DNA of 62,829 bases, filler included, from Squatina squatina (taxonomy: Eukaryota): the NCBI GenBank assembly GCA_031763465.1. It is 3 parts of 3 records of this genome, joined end to end, with 100 filler letters (N's around TTAATTAATTAA, not from the genome) between each part and the next. Parts side by side here need not be neighbours in the genome. Positions count along the whole stretch, not along the records: positions 46,819 to 62,829 come from JARFOE010000149.1; 2 more parts are not named here. The stretch is one strand, 5' to 3'. The translations under genes were made by a program, and so were the position numbers. The notes below the pieces were generated by a model. The model did not search any database, had not been told where the DNA came from, and saw nothing but the letters and a program-made list of their open reading frames with translations. The stretch's first letter is position 1. Every line of letters begins with the position of its first letter. Below are positions 49,792 to 62,364 of this stretch, one piece after another.

Positions 49792-50220
49792 CGGGGGGGC
49801 GCTCGGACGCTCCGGTTTGTATTTTATTTTTATTGATCTCCCCGCCCGCGCTTCTCTCCGCTATTTATATAAAAACCCTCCTAAAACTCACTTTCCGCCG
49901 GTGAGCCGGACTCTCAGGCGGGGTGTGGACTGAGCTCGGACTGTTCCGCCATCTCAGAAGCCACAACTCCGGAGTGGAAGCGACTCATCCTCGAGCCCGA
50001 GGGACTGCCTGAGAAGGAGGAGGACTGAGCATGCGCGGTGCGGGCCGGGCGCCTGTGGAGCAGCAGGGGGCGCATGCGCGGTGTCAGCCACAACTCAGCG
50101 CGCCGGCCGGAGCGCTTTCTGGAGCGCGGGGGCTTGTCGGGATTTTCAGCCGCCATTACTATATTTCAACCCACCTGTGCAACAGCTGCGGCCTGAAAAT
50201 CAGCTTCACTGCCCATGAAC
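49792..50220. promoter_or_regulatory. CpG-rich promoter-like region
   Basis: High CpG density, a perfect NRF1 palindrome GCGCATGCGC (50070-50079), a partial site near 50029, and YY1-like CGCCAT motifs. Same contig as the downstream ZNF exon. Confidence 0.6.
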
Positions 50221-50414
50221 TGGGAAAGGGAGACATGAGGCAACATTCTCCCTCTTACCCCTTTCTAAACTCGTTTTACAGGGTTTGAGAAGTGGAGCAT
50301 TTACAGACAGGAAGCTCAGACCAAACATCACATCAAGATCTGATTGAGTTGCTCGATTCTTCAGAACATGAATACCATCGGCCTTTGCACATGGAAGGAG
50401 AGATCAGCGATTTC

Positions 50415-52912
50415 CAGGGTAGGTACAGCACTGGTTAGATACAGAGTAAAGTTCCCTCTGCACTGTCCCCATCAAACACTTCCAGGGCAGGTACAGCACG
50501 GGTTAATTACAAATCAAGAAAATGTCATGAACAGGTACAGATAATAATCAAAAAGGCTAATGGAATGCTGGCCTATCTCGAGGGCTAGAGGACGAGAGTA
50601 CAAGTGGGTGAAAGTTATACTACATCTATACAAAGCCCTGGTTGACCACACCTGGAGTACTAAGAGCAGTTCTGGCCACCACACATTACAAAGGATATTG
50701 GAGGAAGTGCAGCGTAGGTTTGCAAGAATGATACCCGGACTCCAAGGTCTAAGTTACCAGGAGAGCTTAAACAAATTAGGGATGTATTTCCGAGAATTTA
50801 GAACGTTAAGGGGTGATCTGATTGAGTTTTCAGGATATTAAGGGGGCAGATAGGTGTCAGGTACAGCACGCATTGATACAGACTGAAGGTCCTCTACACT
50901 ATCCCAAACACTCCCAGTGCAGGTGCAGCATGAGTTAGACAGAGTAAAGCTCCCTCTACATTTCCCATCAAACACTTGCAGGGTAGGTACTGCACAGGTT
51001 CGACACACAATAAAAATCCCTCTACCCTGTCCCAACAAACACTCCGAGGCCACGTACAGCATATTTTAGATACGGAGTAAAACTCCCTTTGCACTTCCCC
51101 GGGGCAGGGACTGCAAGGGAAGATACCACCTAAAGGCCCTCCTCACTGTCCCATCAACACTGCCAGGGTAGGCACAGAGTGGGTTAGATACAGAGTAAAA
51201 TCCTCTTTACACTCTCATGGTGCAGGTACTGCACAAATAGATAAAGACTAATGGTCCTCTACACTGTCCCATCAAACACTCCCAGGGTAGGCACAGCATG
51301 GGTTAGATGGGGTGTGAAGTTCCCTCTACACTGTCCCACCAAACACTCCCAGGGCAGGTACTGCACGGGTTAGATAGAGGATAAAGCTCTCTCAACTTTA
51401 TTCTGGCAAACACTCCTCCGGCAGGTACTCCGTCGGTTAGATACAGAGTAAAGCTTCCTCACGCTGTCTCAAACCCTTCCAGGGCAGCTACAGCAAGGGT
51501 TCGACAGAATAAAGGTCCTCCTTCACTCTCCAATCAGACACTCCCAGGATACATACAGCATATTTCAGATACAGAGTCGAGCTCCTCTACACTGTCCCAT
51601 CAAACACTCGCAGGGCACATATAGCATATTTTAAATACAGAGTAAAGCTCCCACTACACTCCCCTGGGGCAGGCACTGCGAGGATAGAAACCATCGAAAT
51701 GTCCTCTACGCTGTGCAATCAAACACTCCCAGGGCAGGTACAGCCTGGGTTAGATACAGAGTAAAGTGCCCTCCACATTGTCCTATCAAACACTCCAAGG
51801 GCAGGTACAGCATGGGTTAGATACAGAGTAAAGCTCCCTCTACACTGTCCCAGCAAACACTCCCAGGGGAGGTACAGCCTGGGTTAGATACAGAGTAAAG
51901 CTCCCTCTACACTGTCCTATCAAACACTACCAGGAAATCTACAGCATGGATTAGATGCAGAGTAAAGTGCCCTCCACACTGTCCCATGAAACACTCCAGG
52001 GCAAGTACAGTGTCGTTTGGATAGAGTAAAGGTCCCTCTACGTTCTCGTGGGGCGGCTATGGCATGGGTAGATATAATCTAAAGGTCCTCCACACTGTCC
52101 CAAACACTCCCGGTGCAGGTACAGCATAGTTTAGATCGAGAGTTAAGCTCCCTTTACACTGTCCCATCAAACACTCCCAGGGCAGGTACAGCACGGGTTA
52201 GAGAGCGAGTGAAGCTCCCTCTACACTGTCCCATCAAACACTCCCAGGACAGTTGTAGCACGGGTTAGATACAGACAAAGCTCCCTTTACACTGTCCCAT
52301 CAAACACTCCCAGGGCAGTTGTAGCATGGATTAGACAGAGAGTTAAACTCTCTTGAAACTCTCCCAGGGCAAGTACAGCACAGGTTAAATACAGAGTAAA
52401 GCTCCCTCTACCTTTCTCAGGACAGGTACTGCATGGGTTAGATAGAGTAAAGCTCCCTTTACACTGGCTCAACAAATGCTCCCAGGACAAGTACAACACA
52501 GGATAGGTACAGAGTTAGATATAGTTCTTGTGGTAAGGGGGATCAAGGGATATGGGGAGAAAGCAGGATCATGGTATTGAATTTGGATGATCAGCCATGA
52601 TCATATTGAATGGCGGAGCGGGCTTGAAGGGCCGAATGGCCTCCTCCTGCTCCTATTTTCTAGGTTTCTATGTAAACTCTTCCAGGGCAGGTACAGGACG
52701 GGTTAGACATAGAATAACACTCCCGATACATTGTCCCATCAAATACTCCAAGGGCAGGTTCAGCACGGGTTCAATACAGAGTAAAGCTCCCTCTACCTTT
52801 CTCAGGTCAGATTCAGCACGGGTTTGATACAGAGTAAAGTGCCCTCTACCTTTCTCAGGTCAGGTACAGCACGGGTTAGATACAGAGTAAAACTCCCTCT
52901 ACACTTTCCCAT
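50415..52912. repeat. Diverged 67-bp tandem satellite (agggcaggtacagcacgggttagatacagagtaaagctccctctacactgtcccatcaaacactccc) interrupted by CR1 pieces at about 50520-50850 and 52505-52670
   Basis: Unit starts at 51731 and 51798 give a period of 67. Roughly 30 full or partial copies. Confidence 0.9.
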
Positions 52913-53879
52913 CACACGGGTCTGGGAGGCGGTTGGAGATTGTGGTCGCAGCGGACGGATTGGACCCTTTGGATGGCTGGGAAGCTTCATAAACATCTTG
53001 TGAAGGCCTCAGACCCTGAATAAGATCCCACAGGTCTTGTGTTTGCCCCGTGGTCACAGGCCCGCGCGAGTGGTCTAATGCCGCCATCTCGCACAAAGAA
53101 GCATCAGTGCACCTGTACGGCCATCTTGGTAAAGGCTTTCTCCCAGGAACAGGCCCGGATTACAGCATCCGTGTGGCCATCTTGGTGCAGGAGCAGAGAG
53201 TGGGTGGGGCTTCAGGGCCCCAGTGACCAGGAGAGACAATCATTGCCTCATTGATTTTATTCTCACTCTGCACACAGCGGGTGAAGAACTGAATCCAACC
53301 AGAGCAGAGGGAGGGAGAAAACTCGGGGTGGAGGAAAGAAATGTTGGAGGTGGTGCGATGGGTTTGGATTTCAGCACAGGGAGGAGGGAGAGTGTGTGGA
53401 ATGGCGATTTGCAGCTTTGGGGAACAAGAGAGGACAGAATGTTCCACAGAAACTAGAACTGTCTGTACTCAATTTCTATCCTGCACTTCCAGTGCTGACT
53501 TTTGTAAACTACTGTTACAGGATATTAGAAGAGGAGGATTTGCAGATGGGAAACTCGAAACAAACATGATGTCATGATCTGAGAGAGTCACACGATTCAT
53601 CAGAACCTGAGTATCATCAACCTTTCAAAGTGGAAGGAGAAATGTTTGTTCTGTCTGTGGGAAAAGATTTCTAACATCAGTGTGACTGGAAAAGCACCGA
53701 AACACACAGACCTGATTGAGTGTTCCAGTGCACTGTCTGTGGAAAGAGTTTTAACCAGTTACACAGCTTGAAAACAACATCGCACCTTTCACAGCGGGGA
53801 GAAACCGTACACGTGTTCTGTGTGTGGACGAGGCTTCAACTGATCGTCCAATCTGGAGACACACAAGGACACCCGCACC

Positions 53880-54470
53880 ACGGAGAAACCGTGGAAATGT
53901 GGGGACTGTGGGAAGGGATTTAATTGTCCATCCCAGCTGGAAATTCATCGGCGCAGTCACACCGGGGAGAGGCCGTTCACCTGCCCCCTGTGTGGGACAG
54001 GATTCATTCGTTCTTCCCACCTGCTGACACACCAGCGTGTTCACACTGGGAACAGGCCGTTTACCTGCTCCATATGTGGGAAGGGATTCACTCAGTCATC
54101 CCACCTGCTGAGGCACCAGCAAGTTCACACTGGGGAGAGGCCGTTCACCTGCTCAGAGTGTGGGAGGGGCTTCAATCGTTCATCCCATCTGCTGACACAC
54201 CAGCGTGTTCACACCGGGGAGAGGCCGTTTAGTTGCTCTCAATGCGGGAAGAGGTTCAGGCAGCCATCCAACCTCACTGAACACCAGCGAGTTCACACTG
54301 GGGAGAGGCCGTTCACTTGCTTCATGTGTGGGAAGGGATTCGCTCAGTCATCCCACCTGCTGAGACACCAGCGAGTTCACACCGGGGAGAGGCCTTTCAC
54401 CTGCTCAGAGTGTGGAAAGGGATTCACTCAATCATCCAACCTACTGAAACACCAGCGAGTTCACGAGTGA
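53880..54470 (+). CDS. C2H2 zinc-finger protein with 7 intact fingers; ACG at the expected start; degenerate fingers upstream (53640-53879)
   Basis: (T)[13 protein letters not shown]...HTGERPFTC repeats, open to TGA 54468-54470. In-frame TGA at 53841. May be a pseudogene. Confidence 0.7.
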   Translation, partial: TEKPWKCGDCGKGFNCPSQLEIHRRSHTGERPFTCPLCGTGFIRSSHLLTHQRVHTGNRPFTCSICGKGFTQSSHLLRHQQVHTGERPFTCSECGRGFNRSSHLLTHQRVHTGERPFSCSQCGKRFRQPSNLTEHQRVHTGERPFTCFMCGKGFAQSSHLLRHQRVHTGERPFTCSECGKGFTQSSNLLKHQRVHE

Positions 54471-54609
54471 CTGCAGGGGTTGAATTCTGCTGTTACTGTT
54501 GCTGTTAATCACATCCTGGATTGAACCATATTCACTCTGACAGTTGGGGTTTGCTGCTGCTGATATAATTAATCCCTGTAACTGGGCTGGAGTTTATTTT
54601 TCTGGATAT

Positions 54610-55730
54610 CACAGAATCATAGAATAGTTATGGCACCGAAAAAGGCCTTTCGGCCCGACGAGCCTGTGCCGACTCTGCAAGAACACTTCAGCTGGTCCCA
54701 CTCCCCCGTCCTTACCCCACAGCCCTGCAATGTTTTTCTTCAGGTACTTATTCAATTCCCTGTGAAAGCCACGATTGAATCTGCCTCCACCACCCTCTCA
54801 GGCCGTGTATTCCAGATGCTAACCACTCGCTGCGTCAAAACGTTTTTCATGTTACCTTTAGTTCTTCAGCCAATCACCTTGAATCTGTGTTCCCTGGTTC
54901 TTGACCCTTCCACCAATGGGAACAGTTTCTCTCTATCTATTATAGAATCATAGAAAGCTACAGAACAGATGGGGGCCATTCGGCCCATCGCGTCCCCACC
55001 AGCCTAATCCCACTTTCCAGCACTTGGTCCGTAGCCTTGCAGGTCACGGCAATTCAAGTGCACATCCAAGTATTTTTTAAATCCTGTGAGGGTTTCTGCC
55101 TCTACCATTCTTTCAGGCAGTGAGTTCCAGACCCCCAACACCCGCCTGGGTTTAAAAAATTCTCCTCAAATCCCTTCTAAACCTCCAACCAGTTACTTTA
55201 AATCTCTGCCCCCTTGTTCTCTACCCCTCTGCTAAGGGTCCTTCCTATCCATTCTATCTGGGCTCCTCATCATTTTCTACACCTCAATTAGGTCTCCCCT
55301 GCTCCTCGCCTGTTCAAAGAAAACAACCCCAGCCTATCCAATCGTTACTCACAGCTAAAATTCTCCAGTTCAGGCAACATCCTGGTAAATCTCCTCTGTA
55401 CCCTCATCAGTGCAATCACATCCCTCCTGCAATGTGGTGACCAGAACTGCACACAGTACTTTAGCTGTCGCCTAGCTAGAGTTTTATACAGTTCAAGCAT
55501 AACCTCCCTGCTCTTGTATTCCATGCCTTAGCTAATAAAGGCAAGTATCCCGTCTGCCTTCTTAACCACATTATCTACCTGTCCTGCTACCTTCGGGGAT
55601 CTGTAGACATGAACACCAAGGTCCCTCTGTTCCTTTACACTTCTCAGTGTTCCACCATTTATTGTGTATTCCCTCGCCTTGTTAGCCCTCCCCAAATGCA
55701 TTACCTCACACTGCTCCGGATTGAATTCCA
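54610..55730 (-). mobile_element. Two tandem CR1 LINE 3' fragments
   Basis: Two reverse CR1 tails (atagaatcatagaa at about 54612 and 54943) with ORF2 C-terminal motifs. Confidence 0.8.
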
Positions 55731-56309
55731 NNNNNNNNNNNNNNNNNNNNNNNNNNNNNNNNNNNNNNNNNNNNNNNNNNNNNNNNNNNNNNNNNNNNNN
55801 NNNNNNNNNNNNNNNNNNNNNNNNNNNNNNATTACAGGACTATGGGGAAAGAGCAGGGGAGTGGGATTAATCGGATAGCTCTACCAAAAGAACAGCACAG
55901 CCACGATGGAACAAATAGCCTCCTTCTGTGATTTTAAGAAACACAAAATAATTGACAAAACAGCTTATCTTTCCTAGGCTCTTCATTTCAATTATACTTC
56001 GGGGGCCGAAAAAATGTTTTGGCTCCTCACTCTTGTTCGCATCTTCCAGGTGGATGTTCATGAGTTAGAACTACAGCTTGTGACATCAAAGCAAAGAATT
56101 CAGCAATTGGGAAACACTCCCACAAGGAGAAGGCAAAAGACTCCAATGACAGACCAGGGCTCTGCATTTCACAAACGCAGGTCTGGTGGCAGGAAAGGTT
56201 GTTCACCTGACTGCATTCACATCGGTGAGGCTCCAACTGAATGTTTTTCTTCTTGCAGATGTTAACTCGTATTTGAGTGTGATTGCACAGGCACTGGCTC
56301 AAGTGGCCA

Positions 56310-56768
56310 TTCCGAGGATGAGAGGGTTGCCCTCCGAGGAGAGATTGAGTAGATTGGGCCTATACTCTGGGATTTAGAAGAATGAGAGGTGATCTCATTA
56401 AAACATATAAGATTCTGAGGGGGATTAACAAGATAGATGCTGAGAAATTGACTCCCCTGGCTGGAGTGTCTAGAACTAGGGGGCATAGTCTCAGGATAAG
56501 GGGTTGGCCATTTAAGGCTGAGATAAGGAGAAATTTCTTTACTCAGAGGGTTGTGAATCTTCAGAATTCTCTACCCCAAAGGGCTGTGGATGCTGAGTCA
56601 GTGAATATATTCAAGGCTGAGGTAAATAGATCTTTGGACTCTAGGGGAGTCAAGGGATATGGGGATAGTGTGGGAAAATAGAGTTGAGGTCAAAGGTCAG
56701 CCATGATCTTAACGAATGACGGAGCAGGCTGGAGGGGCCGTATGGCCTATTCCTAATTCTTATGTTCT
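56310..56768 (+). mobile_element. CR1 LINE 3' end
   Basis: EERLSRLGLYS..RMRGDLIKTYKIL...TRGHSLRI...RRNFFTQRVVNL, plus tail. Confidence 0.88.
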
Positions 56769-57418
56769 TAAAAACTCTAAAAGTGAATTATTTTGTATTT
56801 CTAAAGCAGAATTATAGGCATGTAAAAAAAAAAGGCAAATTAGTGGTATATTACTTTCCATTTTGTTCAAAAGCCAAGCATTTCGATCAGAGTCCATTTG
56901 TTTGGAATTACCTCATTCGGTGCAGTCAGTTCATGGGATTGCTTCTTACTGGAGTACATTGTGAATTCTGACCTAAATTTTCACTTCACACCCTTGAAAC
57001 TATATCCTCTTGTCCAGCTGCCCTGAAGCTCTGAAGATCTTGACTGCGTCGACTTTCTCTATCGTGTTAAGTATCTCATTTATCTCTGTAAAGTCCCCTT
57101 TGAAATGGCTCTTTTGAAGGCTGAAGAGACCTTGCTTATCAAGGTGTGCCTTGTAGTTCTTCCCGCTGACACCAGTTATCATCCTGATTATTCTCCACTA
57201 CCCTGCTCTAAGGCCTGCATGGCTCCCTGCTGTAACAATGATTAGAACAGCATGAAATACTCCATGTGCGGTATCACATCTGGTGATTGAATCACAACTG
57301 ATTTGAAAGTATACCTCANNNNNNNNNNNNNNNNNNNNNNNNNNNNNNNNNNNNNNNNNNNNNNNNNNNNNNNNNNNNNNNNNNNNNNNNNNNNNNNNNN
57401 NNNNNNNNNNNNNNNNNN

Positions 57419-58640
57419 TGGATCTATTTCTGGGGAATGAAGTGGGGTAAGCGGAGAGCATTTCAATGGGAGAGCATTTGGGGAACAGTGATCATAACAG
57501 CATCGGGTTTAGAATAGTTATGGAAAAGGCTATGGTACAATCAAGCATAAAAATAATAAACTGGAGGAGAGCTAATTTCAGTGAGTTCAAAAAGGATCTG
57601 GAATCAAAATTGGTGGGCAAAATAGTAATTGAACAATGGAACGCCTTCAAAGAGGAAATGGTTCGGGTACAGAGTAACCACATTTCCATAGAAAGGCATC
57701 CAAAGCTGAAGCTCCCTGGAATGAGACAGGAAAAGGAGTTCATGATACAATAGAGAACCAAGCTGAATATAGAAAGTACAGAGGAGATCTATAAAAGGGA
57801 ATAAAAGGGGCAAAGTGTGAGAATAGATTAGCAGCTAACATAAAAGGCAACCCAAAAGTCTTTTGTAAACATATAGTACTAAATGGGTAGTTAAAGGAAG
57901 GATGGTGCCAGTTAGGGAGCAAAAATTGTGGAGGCAGAGGGCTGGCTGATGAGTACTTTGCATCTGTCTTCACTAGAGAAAAGGATGCTGTCAATGTAGC
58001 AGTAAAGGAGGAGGTACTTGTGATGTTGGATAGGATAAAAATAGATAAAGGGGTGGTACTTAAAAGATTGGCAGTCCTTAAAGTAGAAAATTCATCTGGT
58101 CTGGATGAGATGCATCCTAAATTATTGAGGCAAGTAAGAGTGGAAATGTGGAAATTGCAAGGCTCAAAGGCCACAATCTTCCAACCCTCCTTGGCTATGG
58201 CAGTGGTGCCAGAGGACTGGAAGATTGCATATGTTACACCCCTGTTTAAAAAATGGGGAGAGAGATAAACCCAGCGACTACAGGTCAATCAGCCTAACAT
58301 TGTTGATGGGGGATCTTTTAGAGACAATAATCCGGGACAAAATTAATTGGCATTTGGAAAATTATGGGCTAATAAATGAAAGTCTGCAGGGATTTGTTAA
58401 AGGCAAATTGTGTTTGGCTAACTTGATCGCGTTCTTTGATGAAGTAACGGACAGGGTGGATGAGGATAGTGCGATTGATGTTGTGACTGTGGACTTTCAA
58501 AAGGCATTTGAGAAAGTACCACACAACAGACCTGTTGGCAAAATTAAAGCCAATGGGATTAAATGACAGTGGCAGCCTGGATACAAAACTGGCCAAGGGA
58601 CAGAAAGCAGAGAGTCGTGGTGAACGGTTCTTTTTCAGAC
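57419..58640 (+). mobile_element. CR1 LINE ORF2 fragment (end of endonuclease to RT)
   Basis: GEHLGNSDHN...EYFASVFT...GFVKGKLCLANL...DFQKAFEKVPH, frameshifted. Confidence 0.9.
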
Positions 58641-58675
58641 TGGACAGTTACGCAATTAAACATGTATGTGGTCAT

Positions 58676-58812
58676 ACAAAAGCAAAATACTGCGGATGTT
58701 GGAATCTGAAATAAAAACAGAGAATGCTGGAAATATGCAGCAGGTCAGGCAGCATCTGTGGAGAGAGAAACAGAGTTAACGTTTCAGGTATGCGACCTTT
58801 CATCGATCTGAA
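58676..58812 (-). mobile_element. Probable Penelope-like element terminus with a degenerate minimal hammerhead; second copy at about 40615-40712
   Basis: Reverse strand reads c-gatga-aaggt..acct-gaaac-gtta. The flank gaaaatgctgg...agcaggtc...tctgt.gag.gagaaaca.agttaa.gtttcagg is shared by both copies. Confidence 0.5.
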
Positions 58813-59061
58813 TCATTAACTCTGTTTGCAACAGAGTGTGCAACAGGATTAAGATGTGAAAAGAGCCATGTCTGGCAAACTTTGTACAACAAAAGAATAG
58901 TAATATTGGCGCCAAACACTTGGGCCAGAAAAATAGTATAATTGTCCGGCTCACGGANNNNNNNNNNNNNNNNNNNNNNNNNNNNNNNNNNNNNNNNNNN
59001 NNNNNNNNNNNNNNNNNNNNNNNNNNNNNNNNNNNNNNNNNNNNNNNNNNNNNNNNNCACC

Positions 59062-59350
59062 GGGGCAGTGTGTCAGGAATAGTGTGTCAGTGGAGTAGTG
59101 TGTCAGGGGAATAGGGTGTCAGGGGAGTAGTGTGTCAGGGGAATAGTGTGTCAGGTGTGGTGTGTCAGGGGAGTAGTGTGTCAGGGGAGTAGTGCTTCAA
59201 GGGTGTAGTGCTAGGAGAGTAGCGTGTCAGGGGAGTATGAGTCGGGATTTGTGTGCCAGGGGAGTAGTGTGTCGGGAATAGTGTGTCAGGAGCAGTGTGT
59301 CGGGAATGGTGTGTCAGGAGAAGTGAATCAGCGGAGTAGTTTGTAAGAGG
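59062..59350. repeat. About 16-bp G-rich minisatellite (agtgtgtcaggggagt)
   Basis: Read directly from the sequence; decays toward the 3' end. Confidence 0.85.
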
Positions 59351-60109
59351 AGTGTTGTCAGTGGAGGGCAAGGGGTCAGGTTTGATCATGGAGATGCAAG
59401 AATGGATGAATATACTGAAGGTTATCATTGGGGATTATTGAGCAAGACTTCCCTCAGGAAGTTTAATGGGTGGCGTAGTGTTAATTGTACATGGTGTGTA
59501 GAAAGAGTGAGCTTAATTTGCCAAGTAGACTTTCCTCACTCAGTGCTTTATCTTCTTAACATTCAACATGTGTATGGTTTATGTTGCCTCCAGAATAGGA
59601 GAACAGTCGTCACAGCAATAGGTTTCAGTTTGGAAAGCTCATCCAATCCTGAGGGCTGTTTTTAAGGAAAGACAATCTTCTTTAATTCTTTTTGTACCAA
59701 ATACAAAAGAAACTCAGGTTAATGCACTCAAGCTAGAAACTGACCTCCGCACACTCAATCTGAATTGTACTGGTCCGTGAGAAACTGTTGTCAGCACAAT
59801 AAATCTGCACTGTCCACTTGTTTGGAAGGGGATGGTGATGCAAGGAGTGTGGAGGTTATGGGGAACAGTTATTTGGAGCGGGGACTTTTTGATTAATCTT
59901 GAGTTCAACAAGGTGAAGATGTAAAGCATGAAGGTGAATATAGTTGAAGCTTACAAGGAGCAAGAAGGAAAAATTCAGTGCAGCATTGCCCATAGTAGTA
60001 TTTATACAAAGAAAGGTTGTGATATGAAGTTTGGACACTGTAGGTGAGAGGATTGTTAATTGGAAGTTGAACGTTCCAGAGTGTAAGAGGTGTCAGAAGA
60101 ATCTTCCTT

Positions 60110-61295
60110 GCCATGGGAACGATGTTCCTTCAGTCTTTAGAATCTGTATCCGTTCCTATGGATTTGAGTGTAAAAAATGGAACGCCACTATTTAATAAAG
60201 AAGGGAAAGAGAAAACAGGGTATTGCTGGCTGAAAGGAAACAGAATAGGAATAATAGTTTTTGTTTCCAAGTGGCAGGTAGTGACTAGTGGGGTCCTACT
60301 TGTTTCAGTGCTTGTGCCTCAGCTCTTCACAATATATATCAAAAATTTTGAAGAGGGAATTACATGTGGAATCTCCAACCTTGAGGGCGACACAAAGCTG
60401 GGTCGGAGCGTGTGCTGGGAGGAGGATGTCAAGAGGCTGCAGTGTGGTTCGTACAGGTTGAATGAGTGGGCAAATGCATGGCAGATGCTGTACAATGTGG
60501 ATAAATATGAGACTACACAATTTGTTGTCAGAAACATGAAGGCAGATTATTATCTGAAGGGGGATAGATTAGGAAAGGGGAGGGGCACCGACTCCTGGGT
60601 GTCCTTGTGCACGAGTCGCTGAAAGTACGCATGAAGCTCCAGCAGGTGGTGAAAACGACAAGTAGTATGTTGGCCTTCGTAGCGAGAGGATTTATGTAAA
60701 GGAGCAGGGAAGACTTACTGCAATTTTACTGTGCCTTGGTGAGACTACACCATGAGTATTGTGTCGAGTTTTGTTCTCCTTATCTGAGGAAGGATGTTCT
60801 TTCTGTGGAGGGAATGCAGCGAAGGTTCACCAGACTGATTCCTGGGATGGCAGGACTGAAGTATGAGGAGAGATTGGGTGGATTAGGCTTATATTCACTG
60901 GAGTATCGAAGAATGAGAGGGCATCTCATTGAAGCTCTGGACAGTCTAGATGCAGGAACGATGTTCCCGATGGTGGGGAAGCCCATAACCAAGTGTCAAA
61001 TGCTAAGGATACAAGATAATCCATTTAGGACTGAGATGAGGGAAAGTGTCTTCACCCAGAGAGTGGTGAACCTGTGGAATTCGATACCACAGAAGGCAAT
61101 TGAGGTCATTTCGTGAAATATATTCAAGGTTGTTACATAGCTCTTATGGCGAAAGAGATCAAGGTATATGGGGAGCAGCAGGAGGAGGGGACTGAATTTA
61201 GAGGATCAGCAATAATCATATTGAATGGTAGAGCAGGCTCGATGGGCCGAATGGCCCACTCCCGCTCCTCTTTACCAGGTTTCTATGTTTCTATG
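60110..61295 (+). mobile_element. CR1 LINE, internally deleted ORF2 plus 3' tail
   Basis: VTSGV....VL.PQLFTIYI...DTKLG...EYCVEFCSPYLRKD...FTQRVVNLWNS...(tttctatg)n. Confidence 0.9.
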
Positions 61296-62364
61296 TTCAG
61301 AAAACGGAGGAGCTTAAATTATAAATATTGATTCAAGTCTTTTAAAAATGGGTTTTGTAGATTTTCTATCTTGTTTTGAGGATTAAGCATTTCAAAAAAA
61401 GAAGCACAAGATGAACAGATTATTGTGATAAATTGCCTATTTTTACAAATTCAAATACTTTGTACATTTTTATATTAGAATATATGGAAAATCGTCACTT
61501 CTCAGGTACTATTGAGAAATGTGTAATGGAGGATCATTTAAATGTTTTTAAAACATTCTTAAAAGTTCATCTTGCCCATGATATTGATCTGGTGGGCATG
61601 ACGGGTGGTGATCCGATACCGCCCGTTTCACTCCACAGCTCAACGTGAATTTCTACCTTCACTTTACTGGAATTACTTTCACATTTCTTTCCATTTTTTG
61701 AAGCACATGCCCAACCAGGCAATGGGCCTGCAGTTGGAGTTCCCCAGTTCATTAGCATAGGCTCGGGTAGGAAAAGCAAGTGAGGCTGCTTTCTCAGGTT
61801 TAGCACTCAGTATGCTGTGCCTGTCACATACTCGCAGAGGAAAATCTCCCCTCATGGAAGTAATACAGGAAGCTGTAAAGATGCTTATTTAAATCTTACG
61901 CCATTACCTGGAGTCTGTTATAGTTCTTTTTAAAGATATCTTGTTTCTGCAGAAGTACTTTGGCAAATAAAGGGCCAAAGATTCCTCCTGCTCCAGCCTT
62001 GAATCCACATCTTTCTCTAGTTTCTCTCTGATAACCCCTCTTGCATTCTCCAAGCTCATTTTGCCCATGAGCCCACATAGAAAGATACTAGGATTCTGCA
62101 GGAAAGGGAGGGAGAGCATAAATTCAGGAATAACTCAGATAGGCTGGGAGTATCAGGTGCTGAGATGACTAGTCTCTCTGGTAGAAGCCAAATATGTGAG
62201 GTGAGATGAATTCAATTAATTTGCTTCTTAGAATGTGCTATGAAGCAAATTTTTGATGTGGACTTTTGCTCGGAGTTTCATTTCCTGGCATTCCTTGATT
62301 TCCTTTGCTGGTGCACTTTATATTTCTCTATGGAACAATCTTAGTGGTAGACGAGAATAAACAA

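Noticed and set aside
50415-52912. CRISPR-like appearance of regular repeats (also 42258-42490)
   Set aside because: Head-to-tail units with no unique spacers, no cas genes, and a vertebrate context.
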